Of a stretch of DNA of 61,824 nucleotides, positions 50,572-58,273 are shown one piece after another. Location: IMG/VR virus record IMGVR_UViG_3300046318_000589. One strand, written 5' to 3'. The stretch is from a virus. Taxonomy: Duplodnaviria; Heunggongvirae; Uroviricota; Caudoviricetes. The notes under the pieces were generated by a model that had not been told where the DNA came from, did not search any database, and saw only the letters and a program-made list of their open reading frames with translations. The translations under genes were made by a program, and so were the position numbers. Each line of letters starts with the position of its first letter. Within the stretch, counting starts at the first letter, position 1.

Positions 50572-50778
50572 TTACTTAATTAGGTTATTATCATTTACTT
50601 CTTTAAAAGAATTAGCAGTTTTTAAACAATCATTAATATTTGATAATGCTTCCTCTATAGTTTTACCGCAGGTTATAGCGGTAGGAATATTTGGAAACGT
50701 TACAGTAATGCCATCTTCATCAATTAATAAATTAATTGGCGTTTTAACCGTTTTATATAAATTGTTTAAATTAGACAT
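50572..50778 (-). CDS. stand-alone HicB-like antitoxin domain
   Basis: DEDGITVTFPNIP.AITCGKTIEEAL.NI.DCL. Confidence 0.8.
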   Translation of the reverse strand: MSNLNNLYKTVKTPINLLIDEDGITVTFPNIPTAITCGKTIEEALSNINDCLKTANSFKEVNDNNLIK

Positions 50779-50799
50779 TATAAATTCCTTTAAAAATAA

Positions 50800-50889
50800 T
50801 GGCGGAAAGTACAGGATTTGAACCTGCGGTGGGGTTTAACCCACTCCTGTTTAGCAAACAGTTACCATAAGCCTCTCGGTCAACTTTCC
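50800..50889 (-). tRNA. tRNA-Ser(GCT)
   Basis: Acceptor GGAAAGT/ACTTTCC, encoded GCCA end, anticodon loop TTGCTAA, long variable arm, T-loop GGTTCAAATCC. Confidence 0.92.
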
Positions 50890-50896
50890 ATAAAAT

Positions 50897-50925
50897 ATTA
50901 TAAGATATTGTAAAATAAATGTCAA
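50897..50925 (-). promoter_or_regulatory. perfect sigma70 promoter TTGACA-N17-TATAAT for the tRNA
   Basis: Exact consensus 7 nt upstream of the tRNA 5' end. Confidence 0.85.
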
Positions 50926-50926
50926 G

Positions 50927-51265
50927 TTAAAATCTAAATGTAGGTGATTCGCCCATAAATTCAGCTCTATCTACATATAGTTCGCTTAATTTAACACCCA
51001 AGGCTCTTGATATTTTATATATCTGTCCTCCAGTAAACCTAGTTTTTAATTGGATACCTTTTTTTATTGTAGATAATCCAATATCTGTTAGTTCACTTAA
51101 TGTTTGAGGTGTCATCTCTTGATGTTCCATTAATAATCTAATGTTGCATACAACGAGAAAATCATAGACAGTGGAAAATCTACAAGTCTTAATTCTTATG
51201 ACTTGTCCAAATTTCGAGTAAAATGAATCTAAGGGAGATGTTTTGTTTGGGTTGTGCCATGGCAT
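50927..51265 (-). CDS. XRE-family helix-turn-helix protein
   Basis: NIRLLMEHQEMTPQTLSELTDIGLSTI...IYKISRALGVKLSEL. Confidence 0.75.
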   Translation of the reverse strand: MPWHNPNKTSPLDSFYSKFGQVIRIKTCRFSTVYDFLVVCNIRLLMEHQEMTPQTLSELTDIGLSTIKKGIQLKTRFTGGQIYKISRALGVKLSELYVDRAEFMGESPTFRF

Positions 51266-51289
51266 AAATTATATCCTCATAAAGTAAGT

Positions 51290-51604
51290 TTAAAATTCTA
51301 AATCCTCACATCCCACAACTAAATCATCAATGCTACAATCAAGCCCTTCAGCAAGAAGAAATAATGTCATAGCATAGAGGGTTCTGCGATGCTCCAATAA
51401 CAATCTCCAATAACGGCGATTAAAAGGTAATATATCATATATACTTATACCTTTTTCTCGTCTCATTTTGTCTGCATTTTTAATGACCTGTCTTTCAAAA
51501 TCACTTACCCTTGGGCTGGCAGGTTTTCTAGTGGGCTTAAATGGACGACTATCCCAATATTCTTTAGTTAAATGCCTCGGTATTGAATCATCTTTATCGG
51601 TCAT
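51290..51604 (-). CDS. XRE-like helix-turn-helix protein
   Basis: NADKMRREKGIS...TLFLLAEGLDCSIDDL. Confidence 0.65.
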   Translation of the reverse strand: MTDKDDSIPRHLTKEYWDSRPFKPTRKPASPRVSDFERQVIKNADKMRREKGISIYDILPFNRRYWRLLLEHRRTLYAMTLFLLAEGLDCSIDDLVVGCEDLEF

Positions 51605-51613
51605 TTTTTATTC

Positions 51614-52045
51614 TTATAGTTCTCTGTATCCAAGTACGCTGTCTTTTTTTAACCAAAGATAGCATACTTTATTCTTTTGGTTTCCACCATATACTAATAT
51701 TTCTTTATCACGTTCTTTTCCTGCAAAGAACCCAACATGACCTTGCCAGGTGTGATTACCTCTTTTTAGTACGACAATACAGCCCAAAAAAGGTGTTTTT
51801 ACTTCCTTACCCCAATTAAGCCAAGACCTAGCTGCTGCTGAACCAGTTCCTTGTACGCCTACTTGTTTACAACACCAATTCACAAAAGAACTACACCATG
51901 ATGTTTCATCGTCTTTCGCTTTTAATGTTGTGGTGGAATGATATTCAATAACCCTTGGATTATCTTTTTCACCGACTATTTCAGTTACCTTATATTCTTC
52001 CAAGGCTTTTTTATATATTAATTGTTGTGTTGTCATTTGAACCAT
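51614..52045 (-). CDS. TIGR02594-like NlpC/P60-CHAP peptidoglycan hydrolase (endolysin candidate)
   Basis: DDETSWCSSFVNW, ARSWL.WG, GCIVV..RG, GHVGFF, GGNQ; minus-strand CTAATTA at 52061-52067. Confidence 0.85.
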   Translation of the reverse strand: MVQMTTQQLIYKKALEEYKVTEIVGEKDNPRVIEYHSTTTLKAKDDETSWCSSFVNWCCKQVGVQGTGSAAARSWLNWGKEVKTPFLGCIVVLKRGNHTWQGHVGFFAGKERDKEILVYGGNQKNKVCYLWLKKDSVLGYREL

Positions 52046-52068
52046 TTATTGTTGTTATAATAATTAGA

Positions 52069-52536
52069 TTACTTTTTTATCCAACGAGACATCATAACAT
52101 TTTCATGCACTTCCAAGGGTTCAAAATTAGTAAATAATTCAGTCATTCTTTCATAAGGGAAAAACGCATCGCCCTCCTGATCATCTAAGATTGACGACAA
52201 GTAAACCTCATCACACCGATCTAAAAATTGTTCATATAATGTCTGTCCACCAATAATCCATAGGGTTTCATATCCATGCGACATCAAAATAGCTTCTTCA
52301 AGACTGGAAACGTCATATAATCGCTTAGGATTGCTCGTAAGCGTTAAATTAAGTCGGTCAGGTAGTGGATATGCCTTAATTGATTCCCTAGTCTTACGAC
52401 CCATTAAAATAGAGTTTCCTTTCGTCATACGTTTAAAGAAGTTTAAATCTTCTTTGGAGTGCCATAATAGTGCGTTATCCTTACCAATTACGCATAAGTT
52501 ATTCATGCAAGATATAATCTTTACTTTAGGTTTCAT
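52069..52536 (-). CDS. frd: dihydrofolate reductase
   Basis: VIGKDNALLWHSKEDL.FFK..T.G..ILMGRKT.ESI..PLPDR.N, WIIGGQ.LY, GDAFFP. Confidence 0.93.
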   Translation of the reverse strand: MKPKVKIISCMNNLCVIGKDNALLWHSKEDLNFFKRMTKGNSILMGRKTRESIKAYPLPDRLNLTLTSNPKRLYDVSSLEEAILMSHGYETLWIIGGQTLYEQFLDRCDEVYLSSILDDQEGDAFFPYERMTELFTNFEPLEVHENVMMSRWIKK

Positions 52537-52609
52537 TTAAAATTTCCTTTGATAATTTATTTTTGAATTTATAGTCATAAAAAATAACATTTGTAAAACA
52601 ATAATTTTA

Positions 52610-53365
52610 TTAAACGTAAACGTTTAATAAATCGAAGTTATTCGCTACTTTTTCATGTTTAAAATACCCTCTAGGATTATTGATGACACGGGTTTCACCA
52701 ATATAATATTCAGAAAAATTATGACAATGACCGTGAAGCCAAATGCTGATGTTATTATCCAATATAAGATTTTCCAAATCACTGTAAAATGCGTAATTTA
52801 TAAGCGAGCCATGATACATGGGATCAATAGATTTGTGATGAGGGGCGTGGTGGGTCATCACAACAACTTTATCAGTGGTAACTTCTTTTAAGGATTTATT
52901 TAAAAATTCAATACTTTCCTCGTGCATAGCAATAGTATCGTCAGGAGTAAGTTTTTTATCATTATATTTTATAAAGCGATAATCATTCATTCTATTATGA
53001 CATTCTCTTTTAGTGAGGAAGTCATTTTTGTTCATATCCGTCCAAAGAGTACTCCCTAAAAAAGTAACGTCCCCAATAACTTTAACATCATTATCAAGAA
53101 CGTGAAGATTAGGTATGGGTATGGCAGATGCTAGTGCTGACCCTACTTGAATGGATGTGTCATAAAATTCATGGTTTCCTAGAACATACAACACATGATT
53201 CCATTTACTACAGACATCCTCAAAAAATGGTAAATATTTTTCAAGATTTACCATTTCACAAATATCCCCATTTAAACATAGGACTTCTGCGTTTTCATCG
53301 TTGTTGAGATTTAAATCTCCAAACGCTAGGTGGGTGTCATTACAGGTGCTTATTTTCATACCCAA
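52610..53365 (-). CDS. calcineurin-like metallophosphoesterase
   Basis: DTH, GD, GNHE, THHAP and HGHCH motifs. Confidence 0.9.
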   Translation of the reverse strand: MGMKISTCNDTHLAFGDLNLNNDENAEVLCLNGDICEMVNLEKYLPFFEDVCSKWNHVLYVLGNHEFYDTSIQVGSALASAIPIPNLHVLDNDVKVIGDVTFLGSTLWTDMNKNDFLTKRECHNRMNDYRFIKYNDKKLTPDDTIAMHEESIEFLNKSLKEVTTDKVVVMTHHAPHHKSIDPMYHGSLINYAFYSDLENLILDNNISIWLHGHCHNFSEYYIGETRVINNPRGYFKHEKVANNFDLLNVYV

Positions 53366-53690
53366 TTCTCAACTTCTACGGTTTTAACTTCTTTTTTAAC
53401 TTCTCTTATATCAATAATTTCAGAATGAGAATATTCCATTTGGACATCTTTTTGCACAAAAACATATCGTCCCGTTTCTTTATGACGATATATGTAAGTA
53501 TATATCAAATAGGGGTGGTCGTTTGGATTTACTATTTCAGGGTCATCAGCATTATTCTCGACAAATTCAAATAAATCCGCATATATAGAATCTTCCCCAA
53601 ATATCTCTTCAATATTAGTATCTTTACTGATATAATATTCTGTCTGTTCTTTCAATATTTCATCAAACGTTTCGCACATTGTTTATCCTT

Positions 53691-54302
53691 TCAATCAATC
53701 GCAAATAAAATTCTAATTTTATGGGAGTTATCTTTACGTCTTTCATTTAAACATAAATAACTGTTTTTAGCAACAAGTTTTTCAACAGCCTCTATTAATC
53801 CTATAAGGGGGTTGTTTGTTTGCCATTTTAAAAGTGGTTTACTTTTATTACTGGTATATCCGCAATAACTCTTAGGTGTAGCTCCATCTTTTTTAAATGA
53901 TTCCGCTTGTTCTATGCTAACATATCCTTTTTGGGTAAAGAAAGGATATTTTTCAACATGATTATATAATTCTGAAATTAAAACATAGCTTGTAGTGCAA
54001 TCCTCCCCACTATGCTCTTGTATGAAAGGTTTACTAAATTCGCATATATCAATAGGGAATCCTCTCGGTTCACTTATTGGGATTAAATCCTCACAAAAAA
54101 TACCCCTAACCCCAACTAGAGCATAAAAACAATCATAATCTCTGTGAGGATAAATATTTACAGGGATAAATGGGGATTTATCTGTATCATCATAACAATC
54201 CACTGGATAATGATTTATTTTAAAATCGGAAATATTAAACCAACCATAATGATTACCATAATTTTGATACTCTTCCACAATTAAACTCATATCGCTTCCC
54301 AT
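53691..54302 (-). CDS. conserved phage hypothetical protein
   Basis: MGSD...RDY..F..L.GVR...PISEPRGFP.D motif. Confidence 0.65.
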   Translation of the reverse strand: MGSDMSLIVEEYQNYGNHYGWFNISDFKINHYPVDCYDDTDKSPFIPVNIYPHRDYDCFYALVGVRGIFCEDLIPISEPRGFPIDICEFSKPFIQEHSGEDCTTSYVLISELYNHVEKYPFFTQKGYVSIEQAESFKKDGATPKSYCGYTSNKSKPLLKWQTNNPLIGLIEAVEKLVAKNSYLCLNERRKDNSHKIRILFAID

Positions 54303-54303
54303 A

Positions 54304-54789
54304 TTATCTTATACTCCCTTCAATTAATTTTAAATCATCTTTGTTCAGTTTAAACTTGGGGTAACTTCTAGCTTTTGACATTCTTACCAAAAATCTTATA
54401 CAATCTTTTTCAGCATAATTCCCATTATGTAAATCTCTCCCATACTTATATATGGTAAAAGGTTCTGTGTCAATAGTTTTAAATTGTGTATTGATACAAT
54501 TAAACCAAATGAAATTTATTTCATGGGGCTTCGGATCGTCATAACTTGTCACAAAATCATAATGCCATTTGTTTATACTGGAAAATTCCCCTTTCCTATA
54601 TTTTTTAACCTTTAAATCCATTATATCACATTGGTCTAAAGGAAATTCATGCAAGAATAATTTTAAATATGAATTATCTTGTAAAATATCCATAACGTCC
54701 CTTATTCTTGCATTTTTTATAACTATATCTCTCACATAATTTATTTCTGTGTCAAGATGTAGTTTTTTAAAAACACTAATCATGTTCAT
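54304..54789 (-). CDS. putative 2OG-Fe(II) oxygenase-fold protein
   Basis: WHYD (HxD), distal LH, then IRFLVRMS (R..xR) in DSBH order. Confidence 0.5.
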   Translation of the reverse strand: MNMISVFKKLHLDTEINYVRDIVIKNARIRDVMDILQDNSYLKLFLHEFPLDQCDIMDLKVKKYRKGEFSSINKWHYDFVTSYDDPKPHEINFIWFNCINTQFKTIDTEPFTIYKYGRDLHNGNYAEKDCIRFLVRMSKARSYPKFKLNKDDLKLIEGSIR

Positions 54790-55306
54790 ACTCGGTGGAT
54801 ATATTTAGAACATCCTTTCCTTGTCTTTTTACAAGGTTTATTGTGTGGTCGTCTAATTGTTCCTCTATAAATTCCGAAACACTTTCTAGTAATGTTTCAA
54901 TTTCTTTGATTTCTTCTTTCGTTAATTTATTATTGATGCTATGCACTAAAATAGTTTTATCGTCAATGGCTTCATCTTGTAGATATTCCAATAAAATGTC
55001 TTCATCATATTCATCTTCTGTTTCTGTTGCAAATAATTCTTTAGGTGTGGCAATAAGTTCTAAAACTTGATTATCATCAAAATTATTTGCAAGTGCTTGC
55101 ATACCCCATGTTAGATCGTCTAATAAGTAATATGTTCGTCTAGTACATGGTTCTCCATCATTAAAATATGGTGTGTATGATAAAATAGGTATGAATTGTA
55201 AATTTTCATATTTATCAAACAATTCTTGAAAGAAGTTTTCTTTAAAATCTGCAATGATTTCTTTTTTCTTATCGTTATATTCTTTAATAGTCTGTAAAAT
55301 TTTCAT
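54776..55306 (-). CDS. acidic conserved phage protein (YTPYFNDGEPC family)
   Basis: Motif YTPYFNDG.PC; paralogue at 55981-56490. Confidence 0.65.
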   Translation of the reverse strand: MKILQTIKEYNDKKKEIIADFKENFFQELFDKYENLQFIPILSYTPYFNDGEPCTRRTYYLLDDLTWGMQALANNFDDNQVLELIATPKELFATETEDEYDEDILLEYLQDEAIDDKTILVHSINNKLTKEEIKEIETLLESVSEFIEEQLDDHTINLVKRQGKDVLNISTEYEHD

Positions 55307-55348
55307 AGTAATCCCCTTTTATTAGATTTTAATTATAACATGAATTAT

Positions 55349-55984
55349 TTATTTTAGCAAGCCTTGTTTTCGCAAAATACCTTCTATATCAGCAGGACTA
55401 TAATTGGGGGATTTTACTACCTTTCCCAATTCATTTTTTACGACAACACCATCATGTAATTTTGACATATTGCTACGATGAACTTCGTTGAACAACTCTT
55501 CCACAGGAAAATTATAATGATCTGCAATATGATTTAATAGAAAATCAACATAACATAAATTCTCTGATATTTTAACGTGATTATTATCAACCATACTCTT
55601 GTATAGTTCTCCTAAGAAACATGGAAGTGTTTTATATACAATAAGCATTACTTTATCTTCTTCAGTTTCCCCCCAAACAATACCATCAAAAAATATATTA
55701 TGAAGTTTTTCTTTATCATACGTTAAAATCGTACAACCAAAATCCGCATATAAACCATATAAAACGTAAATTGTGTCTGTTATTGCATCAGCAAGTTCAA
55801 TAAGAAATTTATTATAATCTTCGTAACGATAAAAAAACGCTCGTATTAATTCATTATTTTCCTCGTTGATTAGATTGAGGCGTAGGATTTTCTGTTGCGT
55901 AGTTGGAACATTTTCTGAATGTTTTACTTTCTGCTCGAATTTATTCATAAATTCAAAAACTTTTTTGATAAATTCTAATTTCAT
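55349..55984 (-). CDS. MazG-like/PRA-PH nucleotide pyrophosphohydrolase
   Basis: LI.EE..EL, ELADAITD..YVLYG, EVHRSNMSKL, GKVVKSPNY. Confidence 0.85.
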   Translation of the reverse strand: MKLEFIKKVFEFMNKFEQKVKHSENVPTTQQKILRLNLINEENNELIRAFFYRYEDYNKFLIELADAITDTIYVLYGLYADFGCTILTYDKEKLHNIFFDGIVWGETEEDKVMLIVYKTLPCFLGELYKSMVDNNHVKISENLCYVDFLLNHIADHYNFPVEELFNEVHRSNMSKLHDGVVVKNELGKVVKSPNYSPADIEGILRKQGLLK

Positions 55985-56490
55985 TGTTGGTTTCCTTTAT
56001 TGTTATATAATTTTATTTTTTCTACCTTATCGCCATTTCTTGAAATTAAGACTGATCCTGAATAATTTAATATAAATGGAAGGTACTCTATAATGGAAGA
56101 TATAATTTTATCTATTTCTATGGTTTCTTCTTGTCTTAGCCTATAATTTTTAGAATGACTATTTAATAATGCTCCATCAATTCTTTCATTGAACAAATCA
56201 TCAAGTAAATCATCCAAGTCAAAATCGTCAAAGTAAAATCCTATAGATTTTATATATGTAAAATAAAGATCTTCTTCATCTTTAAATATTTTATGAAGTT
56301 TATTTTCATACTCTGTGCATATACCAAGGAATGATTGTAAATCAGATACATAACTACGATAGGCATAAAAAGGCAAAAATTGTAAATTTTCATATTTATC
56401 AAATAGCTCTTGAAAGAAGTTTTCTTTCAAATAATATTTAAGATCTTCTTCTCGGGCTTTTGTATATTTTATTAATTCCAGTGATTTCAT
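55981..56490 (-). CDS. degenerate paralogue of 54776-55306
   Basis: Shared KENFFQELFDKYENLQF. Confidence 0.6.
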   Translation of the reverse strand: MKSLELIKYTKAREEDLKYYLKENFFQELFDKYENLQFLPFYAYRSYVSDLQSFLGICTEYENKLHKIFKDEEDLYFTYIKSIGFYFDDFDLDDLLDDLFNERIDGALLNSHSKNYRLRQEETIEIDKIISSIIEYLPFILNYSGSVLISRNGDKVEKIKLYNNKGNQQ

Positions 56491-56522
56491 TATTGATTTC
56501 CTCTATATTATTTAATAGTGAT

Positions 56523-57002
56523 TTAATTATTTGATCTTTTTTTTGTTTCATATTCAGGTGATTTATCTGATATAGTTGTGTCAATAAAAACTTTTAAAGT
56601 CCTGCCCTCATCTTGTATTGATAATGTTGTATTTGTCATATTGTATTGTACCCTGAAGCCGTCAAGAATAATATCAACCCGTGTAATTTGTGGTAAATTA
56701 TAATCACCGTCTTGTAGTTTTTCTAAAAAAACATTATTAGTTTCTTTTTTGATGTCTCGTATAGTATCAATTTCATACCTATCTTCACATTCTGATAAAA
56801 TGGATATTGCCTCAGATATTCGTAACGTCCAATCTCCTAAATTATAATCTAAGGGTACAAGAATTTCATAATCATAATTTTTATGTGTGAAAAAATATGC
56901 GTCTTCTCTGCTGTGATTAAGAAACCATCCTTTATTCCTCAAATACTCAGTTAATTCCTCAACTGATATACTGTTTATGGTTTCTTTCTTATGTCGTTTC
57001 AT
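56523..57002 (-). CDS. HicA-like fold N-terminus fused to an unknown C-terminus
   Basis: ELTEYL..KGW...EILVPLD..LGDW..RISEAI..LS..E.R. Confidence 0.5.
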   Translation of the reverse strand: MKRHKKETINSISVEELTEYLRNKGWFLNHSREDAYFFTHKNYDYEILVPLDYNLGDWTLRISEAISILSECEDRYEIDTIRDIKKETNNVFLEKLQDGDYNLPQITRVDIILDGFRVQYNMTNTTLSIQDEGRTLKVFIDTTISDKSPEYETKKRSNN

Positions 57003-57211
57003 TGTTGGTTTCCTTTGTTAAATTATTGTTTTAAAGATTATGCACATGGTAATTATAAATATTGAATAGAGTGCTATTAATGTTATCATTATTGTAAATC
57101 TCCGCCTATAAAATTTCTATTTGTTATCATAACATTATCATAAAAACTAATATTTGTAAAGTTATTTTTGTAATGGCAGACGTAAATCACACAAAGGTTA
57201 TCAATGGAAAA

Positions 57212-58201
57212 TTATAGAATATTATAATTTGTAACAATCATGTGTTTTACATCATTATCTTTCATGCGATTTTTAATATTAACTTTATATTTTTTATCAT
57301 ACAACATAACCTTAAAATAGTCATCTTCGTATAATTCTTTAGTAAAATCATCATAATTTATAACCATTAAAAATTTACATTTAATGTTTTTGAGTAAGTT
57401 TCTTAACCGAACGTGATCATTTTTATCGAAAGAATTATTGCCATAAGATGAAAAGGTAGTTGTGTATGGTGGGTCTAAAAAAATAAAATCATTTTCTTTA
57501 TATTCATTACCCCCCAAAAAGTATTCAAAATCATTATTCCAAACAGAAACTTCGTTATATTTTTTTCGCATATTCATTATACTATTAATTTTTGGTAATA
57601 TGTCTTTGTTATTGTAGCTGATACCGCCATACGGAACATTAAAAACGCCATTACTATTATATCTTGACATTCCACAATATGCAAATTCACTTACCCAAAA
57701 AGTTGTACTTAAACTAGGATCTTTAGTATTATATAAATTTCTTTCGATATAATAAATATTAGCCTGATGCTCTCGTTCAGCAATAACTCGTAAACTTTTT
57801 TCGTCTATTATATTGTTTTTTTTAATATTTTTCTTGCTTGCTTCAGAAAATGGATAATCTGTCATACAGACATAATTATTAGACGGATATGAAAATCTCT
57901 CTAAAACTAGTTCTAATAATCTTGACGTTTGTTCATTTAATAAAGTAGTATCCTTACTAAATATAGTATCCCAAAAATTAAATATTTTTTTATCGTAGTC
58001 ATTAACATGGTACTTATTCGCTTTAGTATTTAGAAATACACTTCCTCCACCACAGAACGGATCATAAAAGTTATCAATATCCTCAGGAAAATATGGTAAA
58101 AATGTGGATAATTCTGAAAATTTACTTCCTGTATATTTTATGGGCGGTTTCATAAGATCAATGCCATCAATGACATTTATTTTATTTAAAAATTCTTCCA
58201 T
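57212..58201 (-). CDS. dam: second Dam-family DNA adenine methyltransferase
   Basis: PIKYTGSK, FYDPFCGGGSV, FNVPYG and FLDPPY motifs. Confidence 0.9.
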   Translation of the reverse strand: MEEFLNKINVIDGIDLMKPPIKYTGSKFSELSTFLPYFPEDIDNFYDPFCGGGSVFLNTKANKYHVNDYDKKIFNFWDTIFSKDTTLLNEQTSRLLELVLERFSYPSNNYVCMTDYPFSEASKKNIKKNNIIDEKSLRVIAEREHQANIYYIERNLYNTKDPSLSTTFWVSEFAYCGMSRYNSNGVFNVPYGGISYNNKDILPKINSIMNMRKKYNEVSVWNNDFEYFLGGNEYKENDFIFLDPPYTTTFSSYGNNSFDKNDHVRLRNLLKNIKCKFLMVINYDDFTKELYEDDYFKVMLYDKKYKVNIKNRMKDNDVKHMIVTNYNIL

Positions 58202-58273
58202 TAATGAACCTATAAGGTGAATGTTTATTTTTCATAAAATAACATAAAATTATAAACTTGTAAAGGAATATTT

